The notes under the pieces are model-generated. The model was given only the letters and a program-made list of their open reading frames with translations, had not been told where the DNA came from and did no database searches. Shown here piece after piece: positions 1 to 12,063 of a stretch of DNA of 64,000 bases. The stretch is from Octopus vulgaris (taxonomy: Eukaryota): positions 159,960,001 through 160,024,000 of the forward strand of contig OX597815.1 in the NCBI GenBank assembly GCA_951406725.2, given 5' to 3'. The position numbers and the translations under genes were made by a program. Numbering within the stretch: the first letter of the stretch is position 1; each line of letters starts with the position of its first letter.

Positions 1-639
1 CTAATTATCAAAGATTGGTGGTATCTTGTGCAATGATTTTCAGAGTCAGGTACAAGATCTGTAGGATACCAATAGAAATCCCAAATAGGTTATAAACAGA
101 TATATGTATATCTAAAAGAAAGTATTTTAAATGGGTAGTGGTACTAGTGTACAACCTGTTATTCAAATTATAGAGTTCTAAGAGTAAAACAAAAAATTAT
201 TTGATATGTATCACATAATACAAAGAGGAGAAGAGGGTGTACCAGATCAGTATCATTTGTAAGTTATCGGGTATGTAGCTATCCATTAGTTACATCTCTA
301 GTTTGTTTTATAACTGTAATGAAGATTAATAATTAATTAAAATGTATGGGCCACTATTATATATGATTAGATCCGATGAGAAAAAAAATAAATGCTCGGT
401 CACAGCTTAATAGAGTTAGATGATGTGTTCTTTCTTTATCACATACAACACCTATAATAGATTACAAGTATATAAATTGATTGGGGATAAAAACTAGGTG
501 AATAGGAAAAAATTCACTAGTTGATCATACCAGTAGTTAGAGTGTACAGGCCTATATATGAAAAAATAATGAGTGTAACATTGGCTAAAAACTAAATTGA
601 GAGGTTAGGTAATACCTTTAAAGTATTTAAAGGTACGGG

Positions 640-1050
640 TTACTTCATGAATACATGAAAGACAAAGGTCCAATTTATTATTAATTAAATTTTCACTATT
701 CTCATACTTCAATATTCCCTTTATCTCCATACAGCATGGTCGGCACTCATATCTGCTGTTTGAGTATGGTTTTGCCACCCTAATTATATCCTATTTTATA
801 CTGAATCTAACATTGTCCTTGAGCTCCCAAACTTTCATGGCTAATGATGTTCTACCAGCTCTGTGTCTCAGTTTAAAAGATGATAGATGGTTGCTTAATC
901 TCTTTTTCAGATCTATGGTGCAACCTATATAGACATAGATGTTATCCTCTGTTGTTATTGTACACCTGAACACTACCTTTTCAGCCATACAGTGACCAGA
1001 AAGCAGGCATAAATTTTTATCCAAACAATTACATCTGGTTTTGGCCATGA
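640..1050 (-). mobile_element. Penelope-like retroelement, C-terminal GIY-YIG endonuclease remnant (pseudogenised)
   Basis: ORF 791-1048 reads CNC..CLLSGHC..VVFRCTI..VYIGCT..LKKRLSNHLSSF..TSLAMKVWELK. Past an in-frame TAG (likely former TGG) the frame continues DIIRVAKPYSNSRYECRPCCMEIKGIL..LINNKLDLCLSCIH, the typical PLE GIY-YIG/Cys-His layout. Confidence 0.85.
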
Positions 1051-1398
1051 CACAATTGTTATTATGAATAATCCCTCCTATACCATTTTGCCTTATGGAA
1101 CACTTATAGCACCTGATATGATGATTCTATAGTCATACCTAATTCAGATTAAACAAGGGAATGTATCACCCATCCTCGACATCTGCAGACTGAATAGCAA
1201 CATAGGTCCAACATCACCACACACACCTCCATATAATAACCATTCCTTTCTCTATTTCCATCACCATTCCCTCTACCCCACCAAATACCCACAGAAATAC
1301 CCACATAACTCAGAAATACCACACAACCTTTCACTGGTCAAAAGGATAAACATCCAAGGGTTATTGTTATTATTGCTATGTATACATGTATGTGTGTA

Positions 1399-1469
<71 letters not shown>

Positions 1470-1476
1470 GCCATAT

Positions 1477-1727
1477 GCCCATGGGCGTAGTGGTTAAGAG
1501 CACAGGCTACTACCCCCAAGATTCCGAGTTCGATTCCAAGCAGTGACCTGAACAATGATTATAATAATAATAACATTGAAAAATACTTTAGGAATGAGAA
1601 CCCAGGTTCGAAATTACCCCAAGACAACTATCAGCCAAAACGTGTTAACAACAAACAAGATGAGGACAAATATCCATTGAATGTAGATAATGTACATAAT
1701 TCCTCATCTCTTAAATATAGAACTGTA
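1477..1727 (+). mobile_element. tRNA-derived SINE-like element with (AAT)n linker and non-tRNA body
   Basis: A-box-like GGCGTAGTGGTTAAGAGC and B-box GTTCGATTCC at 1484-1537, directly after a (TA)n(CA)n tract. Confidence 0.6.
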
Positions 1728-2349
1728 TTGATAATAATATTTACTATGCATATTAGTGCAACAAAATCATCAGTATCAGCTACCAGTATTGGATACTTCA
1801 GTATTTTAACACCTCTAATGCATGATTGTGTAAATATATGTGCATATTTTATGTGTGTGTGTTTCTGTTTTCTTTTTTTTAGACCATGAAGTGAACATTA
1901 GTAATGCTGAAGATGAATCTATGTCAGCCAGAAAGTAGGTAGAAATGAAGAATGCAAAAAGTAGAAGCTAAAAGCCAAAAAGAAAATGAAAAATAACTAA
2001 AAATGATGAAAGTGATTTTCTGATGTCATTCCTTGTTGCATAGTTTACTTTTCCCTCAGCATCAGAGCATAAGATGTGAATTTAGACCAACCCACCAGTT
2101 TATTAGAAGGAGAATTAGATGTGTTTAAGAACTAGAAATATCTTTCAAAGAGACAGAAGTTTCTAAAAGTTTGAATATCGAAAAGCAGGAAAACACAGAA
2201 TGGCATACAACCGTTTGCAATTCAGCATCATGTTGTAGGTTTCTTGGAATTTGATAAATTATCAAGAATGTAATTTTATCAGATGCCCTGTGGACAGAAA
2301 TGTTTGCATTTGGTTTTGAAGTATTCTCAAAATAGTAAAGGTCCATTTT

Positions 2350-3120
2350 GTTCTCACACAAAACCAATCAATGAATGAAAGATGATTTAAAGGAATGTTG
2401 GAAAACAGATGTGGAGAAAAAGTTTGGCACTCATGGTTTGTTTATTCTCTAAAGAAAGCAGAATTCAGCTTTTGTTGTTTGCTTATTTTCCTAAAATGCC
2501 AATCAGACTTCACTTGAGCAAGAAAATGGATTCGATCATCAGAAAATACCAGAAAGGTTTAGCTTCCATGATAAGGGAAAAACAGAACAGGAAAAAAAAA
2601 ATTAAAAAAGAAAAAGAATATATCGATAGGCTTTACCCAATGGAAGAGAATGGAAAGAATATCTTTTGGAGAACAGAGAAATCATTCACATGAATGATTT
2701 GGCTTATGCTGTATAAGAAAAACAAAAATAGCAAGATGCTTACCACAGAATTCTCCATTGCATAAAATCTTTAACAACTAAAAATCTTATATTCCATGAT
2801 CACAAGAAATCCCATAGACAAGGAGAGGAAAGTTACTTTGGAAATTTTTGAGGTTATGAAAATTATTGGCAAACTTTGATTCTGTCATGAAAGAACATCT
2901 CAGTAATGTGCAAAAGCATCCTGGAACAATATCATATTTATCGCAGTTAGTGCAGAATGAATATATTCAGTTGATGGCTCTTACTCTATGCCAGAAATTA
3001 GCACATAGTATTCATAAGGCCAAGAAATGTTTGCTTCATATTTAATTCATTTTTATATCAAGCTTGTCGAAAGTAAATGGCTGAAGCAATTTCTGTTGAT
3101 ATGGATTTTGAAGAGAAAAC
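2350..3120 (+). mobile_element. hAT-superfamily transposase relic (TTF zinc finger + DUF4371/ZMYM1-like), frameshifted
   Basis: Manual translation gives WHSWFVYSLKKAEFSFCCLLIF (TTF finger), ILHCIKSLTTKNL and KLLANFDSVMKEHLSNVQKHPGTISYLSQLVQNEYIQLMA..KAK in shifting frames. Confidence 0.8.
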
Positions 3121-3351
3121 TAGTTTGTAAAGAAATTTTTTTTCTTGTACATATCTAGTTAGAATGATAGGATAGGTGCAGGTATGGCTACATGGTTCAG
3201 AAATTCACTTTGGAAACATGTGCTAAAGGATTTCATCCCACTCCTGAACGTTGTTGGCTGGGGTACTATATAGCTGTAAATCAACAAATATATATATATA
3301 TATATATATAAATACATAATGTATATACATATATATATATGTAAATACATA

Positions 3352-3392
<41 letters not shown>

Positions 3393-3443
3393 CATAATGT
3401 ATATACATATATATAAATACATAATGTATATACACATATATAA

Positions 3444-5917
3444 TGGAAGTGTGCTGTGCATGAGAGGACCCGGCAGGACTAGTCAGGCCATATCCCGTGG
3501 GCCCTACCTGGGACGTAGTCGATCCACCTGTGCATACCTTCCTTCTTGTGACACTTGTGAAGACCTGCTGAGGCAAGTGAAAATCAATCAAAATAGATGA
3601 ACATCAATGGAATTTGTATCTTTGTGGTACCAGTGCCTGTGGCACACAAGAAAACCATCCGAATGTGGCCGTAGCCAGTACCGCATCGACTCGCCTCCGT
3701 GCTGTGGGAACTTGGTGGCACATAAAAACACCATCCGAAGACCTGGCAAGACTAGTCAGGTCATAACCCGTGGGCCCTACCTGGGACGTAGTCAGTCCAC
3801 CTGTACATACCTTCCTTCTTGTGACACTTGTGAAGACCTGTTGAGGCAAGTGAAAATCAAAACAAATCAAAATAGATGAACATCAATGGAATTTGTATCT
3901 TTGTGGTACCAGTGCCTGTGGCACACAAGAATCCATCCGAACGTGGCCGTAGTCAGTACCGCTTGTGGTACCAGTGCCGGTGGCACACAAGAATCCATCC
4001 GAACGTGGCCGTAGTCAGTACCGCATCACTGGCCATCGTGCTATGGGCACATAACAAACACCATCCGGTCGTGGCCGTTCGCCAGCCTCATCTAGCACCT
4101 GTGTCGGTGGCACATAAAAAGTAGTCAGTACCGCTTGTGGTACCAGTGCTGGTGGCACACAAGAATCCATCCGAACATGGCCGTAGTCAGTACCGCATCA
4201 CTGGCCATCGTGCTGTGGGCACATAACAAACACCATCCGGTCGTGGCCGTTCGCCAGCCTCATCTAGCACCTGTGTCGGTGGCACATAAAAACACCATCC
4301 GAAGACCCGGCAAGGCTAGTCAGGCCATAAACCATGGCCCCTACCTGGGACGTAGTCAGTCCACCTGTGCATACCTTCCTCCTTGTGATACTTGTGAAGG
4401 CCTGTTGAGGCAAGTGAAGATCAAAATCAAAATCAAATCAAAATAGATGAACATCAATGGAATTTGTATCTTTGTGGTACCAGTGCCGGTGGCACACAAG
4501 AGAAAACCATCCGAAAGTGGCCGTAGCCAGTACCGCATCGACTGGCCTCCGTGCTGTGGGCACATGACAAACACCATCCGATCGTGGCCGTTCGCCAGCC
4601 TCATCTAGCACCTGTGTCGGTGGCACATAAAAACACCATCCGAAGACCCGGCAAGACTAGTCAGGCCATAACCCATGGCCCCTACCTGGGACGTAGTCAG
4701 TCCACCTGTGCATTCCTTCCTTCTTGTGACACTTGTGAAGACCTGTTGAGGCAAGTGAAAATCAAAATCAAAACAAATCAAAATAGATGAACATCAATGG
4801 AATCTGTATCTTTGTGGTACCAGTGCCGGCGGCACACACTTTGTGGTACCAGTGCCGGTGGCACACAAGAGAACCATCCGAACGTGGCCGTAGCCAGTTC
4901 CGCATCGACCGGCCTCCGTGCTGTGGGCACGTAACAAACACCATCCGATCATGGCCGTTCGCCAGCCTCATCTGGCACCTGTGTCGGTGGCACATAAAAA
5001 CACCTTCCGAAGACCCGGTAAGACTAGTAGGTCCACCTGTGCATACCTTCCTTCTTGTGACACTTGTGAAGACCGGTTGAGGCAAGTGAAAATCAAATCA
5101 AATCAAATCAAAATAGACAAAATAGATGAACATCAATGGAATTTGTATCTTGTGGTACCAGTGCCTGTGGCACACAAGAAATCCATCAGTGCTGTAGTCA
5201 GTGCGGTGGGCACATGACAAACACCATCCGATCATGGCCGTTCGCCAGCCTCATCTAGCACCTGTGTCGGTGGCACATAAAAACACCATCCGAAGACCCG
5301 GCAAGACTAGTCAGGCCATAACCCATGGCCCCTACCTGGGACGTAGTCAGTCCACCTGTGCATACCTTCCTTCTTGTGACACTTGTGAAGACCTGTTGAG
5401 GCAAGTGAAAATCAAAACAAATCAAAATAGATGAACATCAATGGAATTTGTATCTTTGTGGTACCAGTGCCGGTGGCACGTGGCACACAAGAAAACCATC
5501 CGAACGTGGCCGTAGCCAGTACCGCATCGACTCGCCTCCGTGCTGTGGGCACGTAACAAGCACCATCCGATCGTGGCCGTTTGCCAGCCTCATCTGGCAC
5601 CTGTGTCGGTGGCACATAAAAACACCATCCGAGCGTGGCCGTCTGCCAGCCTCGTCTGGCACCTGTGTCGGTGGCACATAAAAAACACCATCCGAGCGTG
5701 GCCGTTTTGCCAGCCTCGTCTGGCACCTGTGTCGGTGGCACATAAAATCACCCACTACACTCTCGGAGTGGTTGGCGTTAGGAAGGGCATCCAGCTGTAG
5801 AAACACTGCCAGATCTGACTGGACTGGTGCAGCTTTCGGGCTCCCCAGACCCCAGTTGAACCGTCCAACCCATGCTAGCATGGAAAGCGGATGTTAAATG
5901 ATGATGATGATGATGAT
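3444..5917 (+). mobile_element. 5'-truncated RTE-clade LINE with tandemly expanded 3' UTR, (ATG)n tail and ~29-bp TSD
   Basis: Starts at the ORF end WKCAVHERTRQD* (cf. 52300 LTKEMTRDQNLWKYAV and the minus-strand copy near 15560-15680). Ends in the shared tail ..GGAAGGGCATCCAGCTGTAGAAAC..CCATGCTAGCATGG..(ATG)n. Flanked by AAATACATAATGTATATACAYATATATAA at 3415-3443 and 5918-5946. Confidence 0.8.
3590..5750 (+). repeat. Higher-order tandem array (six ~280-570 bp units built of ~55-60 bp subrepeats)
   Basis: Unit head AAATAGATGAACATCAATGG at ~3591, 3870, 4441, 4781, 5120, 5425. Subrepeat CACCATCCGANCGTGGCCGT..GTGGCACATAAAAA. Confidence 0.9.
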
Positions 5918-6330
5918 AAATACATAATGTATATACATATATATAAATACATATATATATAAATACATATATAATATATACATATATATATATATACATA
6001 TATATACATAGATACATACATACACATACATATATATATACACCTACATGCATATACATATATACGCACATACATACATATTTACATAGATACATACATA
6101 CACATATATACATATCAAACCCAAAATATAATATTAATGTATCTAATTTGTTTATCTGTATAATTGCCTCTGTACCCTCTCAACTTGATCCCTCTTATAG
6201 CCTTTCTTTACCTGGTGGAATCGATCCCCTGTCTAAGTTTGAATCTTTTGAGCACAGCTAAGTGTCTTCTATATGGATAATTACTGGATCTCATCTGTGG
6301 GCTATATATATATATATATAAATACATATA

Positions 6331-6361
<31 letters not shown>

Positions 6362-6362
<1 letters not shown>

Positions 6363-6768
6363 ACTTAAAAATAAGGGCAAATGAAAAAATTTCTAATCCC
6401 AAATATGCCAAAATTGGACATATTGTCCATAACCATATAATTTTACACAATACGCACGCTACTGTCATTTATTTCTTCGCCACATTTATCACTGACGAAG
6501 GGAGGGTTCTTACGAACTAACCCTGAAATCAGTCCGATATGGTAATAATGGAATTTTTAAGAAATTTCTGTCGACCTTTTTTTGAGTAGCGTGTATTGTG
6601 TAAATTTATATGGTTATGGACAATATGTCCAATTTCGGCATATTTGGCATTAGAAATTTTTTCGTTTGCCCTTATTTATAAGTTGTTTATAATTTTAACC
6701 TTTAAAGGTATTTTTTAATATGCTGGCCATTGATAAAATTTTTGTTTGAAAAAAATTTTATCCTACAT

Positions 6769-6770
<2 letters not shown>
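6362..6770 (+). mobile_element. (TA)n-flanked inverted-repeat cassette with degenerate type I hammerhead motif
   Basis: Arms 6362-6463 / 6585-6684. Spacer has CTGACGA(6492)-AGGG..GGTTC TTAC GAACT..CCCT-GAAA(6525)-TCA-GTC-CGATA, with TATC upstream as the stem I partner. Confidence 0.7.
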
Positions 6771-6816
<46 letters not shown>

Positions 6817-7587
6817 TAATTTGTCTATACATTTTGTATCTGATAAAATATAATTACCATTGTTTTAATGTGAAATAAACAAGAAAAAAATGTTTCGAAA
6901 AAGATTTCTGGGGTTTTATTAAATAAGAAGGTATATTAGGAAGTTTGATATATTATTTTTCCTTGAAACTACATATTACGACTCTTAATCTTGACAAGTG
7001 TTCAGAAATATTTCCAAGTAATTGTCCATTTACGTAAAAAACTTGGCTTCAGACTTTGTTAACTTCAGAAATCTCACAGAAAATATATTTTTTTTATAGT
7101 GCTTATAATGTAATCATTCACAATGACATTTTAAAATTTCATTGAAAATAGGAAGTAAACCTATTTACTTTTTGTCCAAAATCTGAATAATTACTGCCAA
7201 AGACAGATACAAATATCAGTGATTAATGAAGTTTTGCATTGTCTCATAGATTGCCTATAAGGCAAAAATGAAATATTTGTTGTCAGTAGAAATTTTAAAT
7301 ATTTTTCTTTCTAACATAGCGAATGTATTTAGTTGAAAGGTATTTAGATATGCTGTTGAAATACAGCATTTCCTGCTATTCAGATATCTTACTTGTTAGC
7401 TCAACTAGTGCTATTTTCGGAAGCATGCTGGACAAAATGCTTAGTGGTATTTCTTCCAGCTTTTCCACTGGGGTCGACTTATCCTTTCATCCTTTTGGTA
7501 TTGATAAAATAAGTACCAGTCAGGTATTGAATTTGATGTAATTAATTTGCTCCCTTCCCCCTAAATTTTTGTCCTTGTGCCTATAAT

Positions 7588-8030
7588 CATCATTGTCATT
7601 TAACGTCCGCTTTCTATGCTAGCATGGGTTGGATGGTTTGACTGTGGGCTGGCGAACCAGATGGCTGCACCAGGCTCCAGTCTTGATCTGGCAGAGTTTC
7701 TACAGCTGGATGCCCTTCTTAACGCCAACCACTCCGAGAGTGTAGTGGGTGCTTTTACATGCCACCGGCATGGGGGCCAGTCAGGCAGTACTGGCAATGA
7801 CCTCGTTCAAATTTTTTACACATGCCAATGGCACAGGTGCCACTAAGGTGATGCTGGTAATGATCCCGCTTGAATGGTGCCTCCTACATGCCACCGGCAT
7901 GGAAGCCAGTTAGCCGCTCTGGCAGCGATCATGCTCGGATGGTGCTCTTAGCACCCTACTAGCACGGGCCACAAGTGTCAGCAAGGCGAAGCTGGTAACG
8001 ATCTCACTTGAATGGTGCCTTTTGTGTGCT
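7588..8030 (-). mobile_element. RTE LINE 3' end with subrepeat VNTR
   Basis: Reverse complement of the tail at 5750-5917 plus several diverged subrepeats. Confidence 0.8.
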
Positions 8031-8328
8031 GGGAAAGGAAAAGGATATCTATCATGTATATACTTTTACAAAACATAGAAATAGCTTCTGATACTCTTTT
8101 ACTACTACTTCGAATAACTCTCTGAACAATATACCATATTTTCCAGTATACAGGTCAAATTTTTCAGTCTAAAATTTACACCAAAATTTTAGGTGAACTT
8201 ACACATAAAGATAACTTTCAAGGGCCAAAAACTTTCAGGTGAAAAACAGCAGAATATGGATAGAAGTGGTAATATTTGAGCGTTTAAATTATATACTACA
8301 TCGAATTGTATGCTAAAAAATCTGATAC

Positions 8329-8526
8329 TTAACCCTTTTGATATCAACCCAGCTGAAACCACATCTAACTCTGTAGTACAAATGTCACCAAACCTTGGTC
8401 ACAATTCATGTTCTTAACACTAGCTTAATGATAACTAGGCTATTTTTATAAATTGTATGTTATATTTAAAATTAATTGAAAGAAACACAAAGCATCTTAA
8501 AATAAATATGGTAACGAAAGCATTAA
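8329..8526. mobile_element. TTAA-terminated MITE (piggyBac-like termini TTAACCCTT..AAGGGTTAA)
   Basis: Same family at 58987-59215, 63205-63433 and 63481-63705; the 63205 copy has intact ends. Confidence 0.65.
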
Positions 8527-8594
8527 AGACTACTGTGAAAGCATCTGGCTCAACTAAAGTTCAAACAATGAATTATTTATCTACATAACTGGTT

Positions 8595-8900
8595 CTCTGT
8601 CAGTTATGATGACAAGGGTTCCAGTTGATTCAATCAATGGAACAGCCTACTTGTGAAATTAATGCTTAGGTGCCTGAGTATTCCACAGACATGCATACCC
8701 TTAACACAATTCTCAGAGAAATTCAACATGGCACAGAATGGAACAAGGCTGAATTACAGGTACAACTCAATTTTGCCAGCTGAGTGACTGGAACAGTATG
8801 AAATAAAGTGTCTTGCTCAAGGATACAATGCATCACTGGGAATCGAACTCACAACCAAATAATTGTGAGTAAAATACTCTTACCACTAAGCCACCTTCCT
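8595..8900 (-). mobile_element. tRNA-derived SINE (family E)
   Basis: Reverse A/B boxes (ACCACTAAGCCA, GGAATCGAACTC) and CCTTGAGCAAGACACTT-type core. Related copies at 43140-43300 and 60840-61090. Confidence 0.7.
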
Positions 8901-9923
8901 TCAATTTACCTGTACAAGAGATTACTTAGCCCCACTTCTTCTACAATCAATATCAGACATTTCATTGCATTTTACACAAAAAAATAAGCATAAAAAATAT
9001 ATTTAAAAAAAATTTTAATGACTGAACTATGATACAACGGTACTTCACTACTGGTCTTTTATAACAAATGACTAGTTTTGATGAATTGTTATCTTAGAAA
9101 TGACTACAAACTCATTAATGTTGGAAGGTCTTAGGTATTTGTGTGGTTAATAAATAATACTATTTTATGTTGTTAATTATAAATAAGATATCTAACACGA
9201 ATGATAACAGTGAAAAAAAAAAACTGATGTATCATTTGACATAAATATTGAAATTCAGAGAAAGCAGTGTAGCCCCACCCCACGAAAATGAGTTGATTCA
9301 AAGAGACAGGGATATGAATAATCACCTAAATAAGCCATAAAAAAGAAAAATCTCAGACTTAATAGAAATGAATAAAACAGTTGTACACACATGCACAGAC
9401 ACATGTATGTATATGTATACTTTACATATGTATATATAAATACATACACATATATATGTGTTTGTGTGTATTTGTGAATGTGTACTTTTAAATATGGCGT
9501 GCTCCCACATGCACATGTGCTTGTCTGTGGTCATAGGAGTTTGTTTAGTTATAAGAGTAAAACAAGTTTAATTTCAATTAGATTAGTTTCAAATTAAATC
9601 CTAAAGAAAAACAAAAGCATAAAAATATTAAATTTTTTTAAAATATAATAAAAATAAAACTGATGGGAACTTATTATCCTCCAGCAAATTTATCGTGCCA
9701 GAATAAAAATTAATTGGTTTTTTGTTAGCTTATATTTCTGAATAAAAGTAAAAATACCATTCTCTCAAGATTTTCACCTAATAAAATAATTTCAATTAGT
9801 TAGGAAATTTTAGCATTATTGTAGAATTGTAACAGGAAATTGTGACATTCATACTTTTCTGCCAAAACATTATAAGAAGTAGTTCCAAATGTGAATCAAA
9901 ACCAGACTTTTTTTTTTTTTTTT

Positions 9924-10130
9924 TACTTGTTTCAGTCATTTGACTTTGACCATGCTGGGGCACTGCCCTGAAGAATTTTAGTTGAACAAATTGACCCCAG
10001 GACTTAATTTTTTTTTTAAGCCTAGTACTTATTTTATCAGCCTCTATTGCTGAACTTCTAAGTTACAGGGATGTAAGTACACCAACATTGCTTGTCATGC
10101 AGTGATGGCTGACAGACACAAAGACACATA

Positions 10131-10165
<35 letters not shown>

Positions 10166-10640
10166 GTGGAGGCGCAATGGCCCAGTGGTAAGGGCAGCGG
10201 ACTCGCGGTTGTAGGATCGTGGTTTCGATTCCCAGACCGAGCATTGTGAGTCTTTAGTGAGCGAAAACACCTAAAGCTCCACGAGGCTCTGGCAGGGGCT
10301 TGTGGTGATCCCTGCTTTACTCTTTCGCCACAACTTTCTCTCGCTCTTTCTTCTGTTGGCCAGCTTGCTTAGCCAGCGGGGTGGCGTCATTTGAAGGCTA
10401 AAACAATGCGAAGTGTATTGTGACCAGCGATGTGTAGCAACATCTGATAGCCTGGTCGGTCACAGTGATATTTATATATATATGACAGGCTTCTTTCAGT
10501 TTCTGTTTATCAAATCCACTCACAAGGCTTTGGTCGGCCTAGGCTGTAGTAGAAGACACTTGCCCAAGGTGTCATGAAGTAGGACTGAACCCGGAACCAT
10601 GTAGTTAGGAAGTAAGCTTCTTATCACATAGCCATGCCTG
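9924..10640 (-). mobile_element. tRNA-derived SINE family B, interrupted by a nested SINE
   Basis: Tail TTACTTGTTTCAGTCATTTGAC.. at 9924 and head ..GGACTGAACCCGGAACCATG..GCCATGCCTG at ~10580-10640; internal (CA/TA)n holds 10168-10470. Confidence 0.85.
10168..10470 (+). mobile_element. tRNA-derived SINE family C, nested in (TA)n
   Basis: GGAGGCGCAATGGCCCAGTGGTAAGGGCAGCGGAC..GGTTTCGATTCC A/B boxes; CpG-rich body; TA tracts on both sides. Confidence 0.8.
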
Positions 10641-11825
10641 TTTGTTCTTCTTTTCTTTCATTTTAGTGGCTTTGTTATGATTTTCCTTTTATTGTGTTAG
10701 ATTGCTATTTGACTTAATTATATTTTTTTTTACTATAGACACATAGTTTAAAATTTGCTGGGAAGCAAGTCATTTACATTGAATCTAGTGTTTGACTGGT
10801 ACTTATTTTATCAACCCTATAGGGATGAATGGCGAATCAAACCTTGATGGAATTTGAACTCAGAATGTAGAGCCAGAAGAAATACTTCTATGCATTTTGT
10901 CTAGTATGCTAATGATTCTGTCAGTTCATTGTGTCAACCACTGACCTTAATAATAACACTGAATTTGCTAAATTCTAGCAAATTTGGTGCTGCTGATGTG
11001 GATAATTTCAGGAGGTAAAAGGTCAAAAGGAATTGAGTTGTAATAGTTTGGATAGAGAAAGAAATAACAGAAACGGAAAAGATACATTTAGGTGGTAGGG
11101 GTGCAATGGTGGTTGCAGCAGCTGCTGCTACTGTTGTTGTTGCTGCTAGGTTTAAACTGTTCATTCACCTTCTGGTAGCACTGTCAACCCATAGTTCCTG
11201 AACTGGAAGCCCACCAATACATACTGGTCAACTGATCTTCAATGCTCAGCTTGTCTCATGACTAAGCACTGTAGCTCTTTGACAGATAAATGATAATTGA
11301 TGACATCACCTGTTCCCCATCAGGGAAGATGAATAGATACTGTAACTTCAGTGCCTGCTGGCATATCATCAGTTATAGCATACTGATAGCTTTCTGAGCA
11401 AAGGATGTCAAAAGACTCTGTGACTAATGGAAGTCATCCTGCCCATAAGAAATAAAAGAACAAACTTAGATATGGTCAGGTGTTAAAAATGATAGATCTG
11501 TTATTAGATATATGCATTTGCTATCTCTGTCTGACCTTTTTATGGATACTGCCTCTCAGTCTGTCTCTTGGCAAGACATGTCACTCTGTCTGTGATCTTG
11601 TTTCAGGTCCTATTCTCCTGCAGGTCTGGTCTAAACCCAACCAAAGTATGTGAATTTATCTCCATGCCTCGCCTCTGTCACTCTGGCCAATCAAATATTT
11701 TTCACTCTCTTGTGTCTAAGAGCATGGACCTTAGCTCAGAAAACAATTCTTTATGTTTTACATTAAAGAAATAGTCAAGCAGTATTATTGCTGCTAGCAT
11801 ATTAGTTGCAATGTCTTTTCTATCC

Positions 11826-12063
11826 ATTTCTTATTTCTTTACTTCCCACAAGAGACAACACACAGAGAGGACAAACAAGGACAGACAAACGGATTAAGTT
11901 GATTATATCGACCCCAGTGCATAACTGGTACTTATTTAATCGACCCAGAAAGGATGAAAGGCAAAGTTGACCTCGGTGGAATTTGAACTCAGAACGTAGC
12001 GGCAGATGAAATACTGTTAAGCATTTTGCCCGGTGTGCTGACGTTTCTGCCAGCTCACTGCCT
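11826..12063 (-). mobile_element. SINE family A (central GCCTTTCATCCTT..GGTCGAT..AAGTACC domain, resembling MetaSINE-type core)
   Basis: Full-length copy. More than 15 further copies, e.g. 7410, 10750, 12700, 14104, 14333, 14583, 15697, 19321, 21550, 25242-25712, 26687-27115, 27966, 30830, 37585, 42767, 51357, 52616, 53177, 61648. Confidence 0.85.

Noticed and set aside
3590-5750. CRISPR array or repeat-protein gene
   Set aside because: No unique spacers or cas genes; units are LINE UTR duplicates, and ORFs are short, overlapping on both strands and frame-inconsistent.
9255-9325. Minus-strand terminal exon (DYSYPCLFESTHFRGVGLHCFL*)
   Set aside because: Only an acceptor-like site; no recognisable homology or partner exons.
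11257-11278. Resemblance to miR-143 3' portion (AAGCACTGTAGCTC)
   Set aside because: Seed region differs, no hairpin, and that miRNA family is vertebrate; coincidence.
10934-11400. Coding exon in Ala/Thr-rich ORF and adjacent unique DNA
   Set aside because: Low-complexity (GCT/GTT)n origin; the frames I checked are interrupted by stops and show no domain signature.
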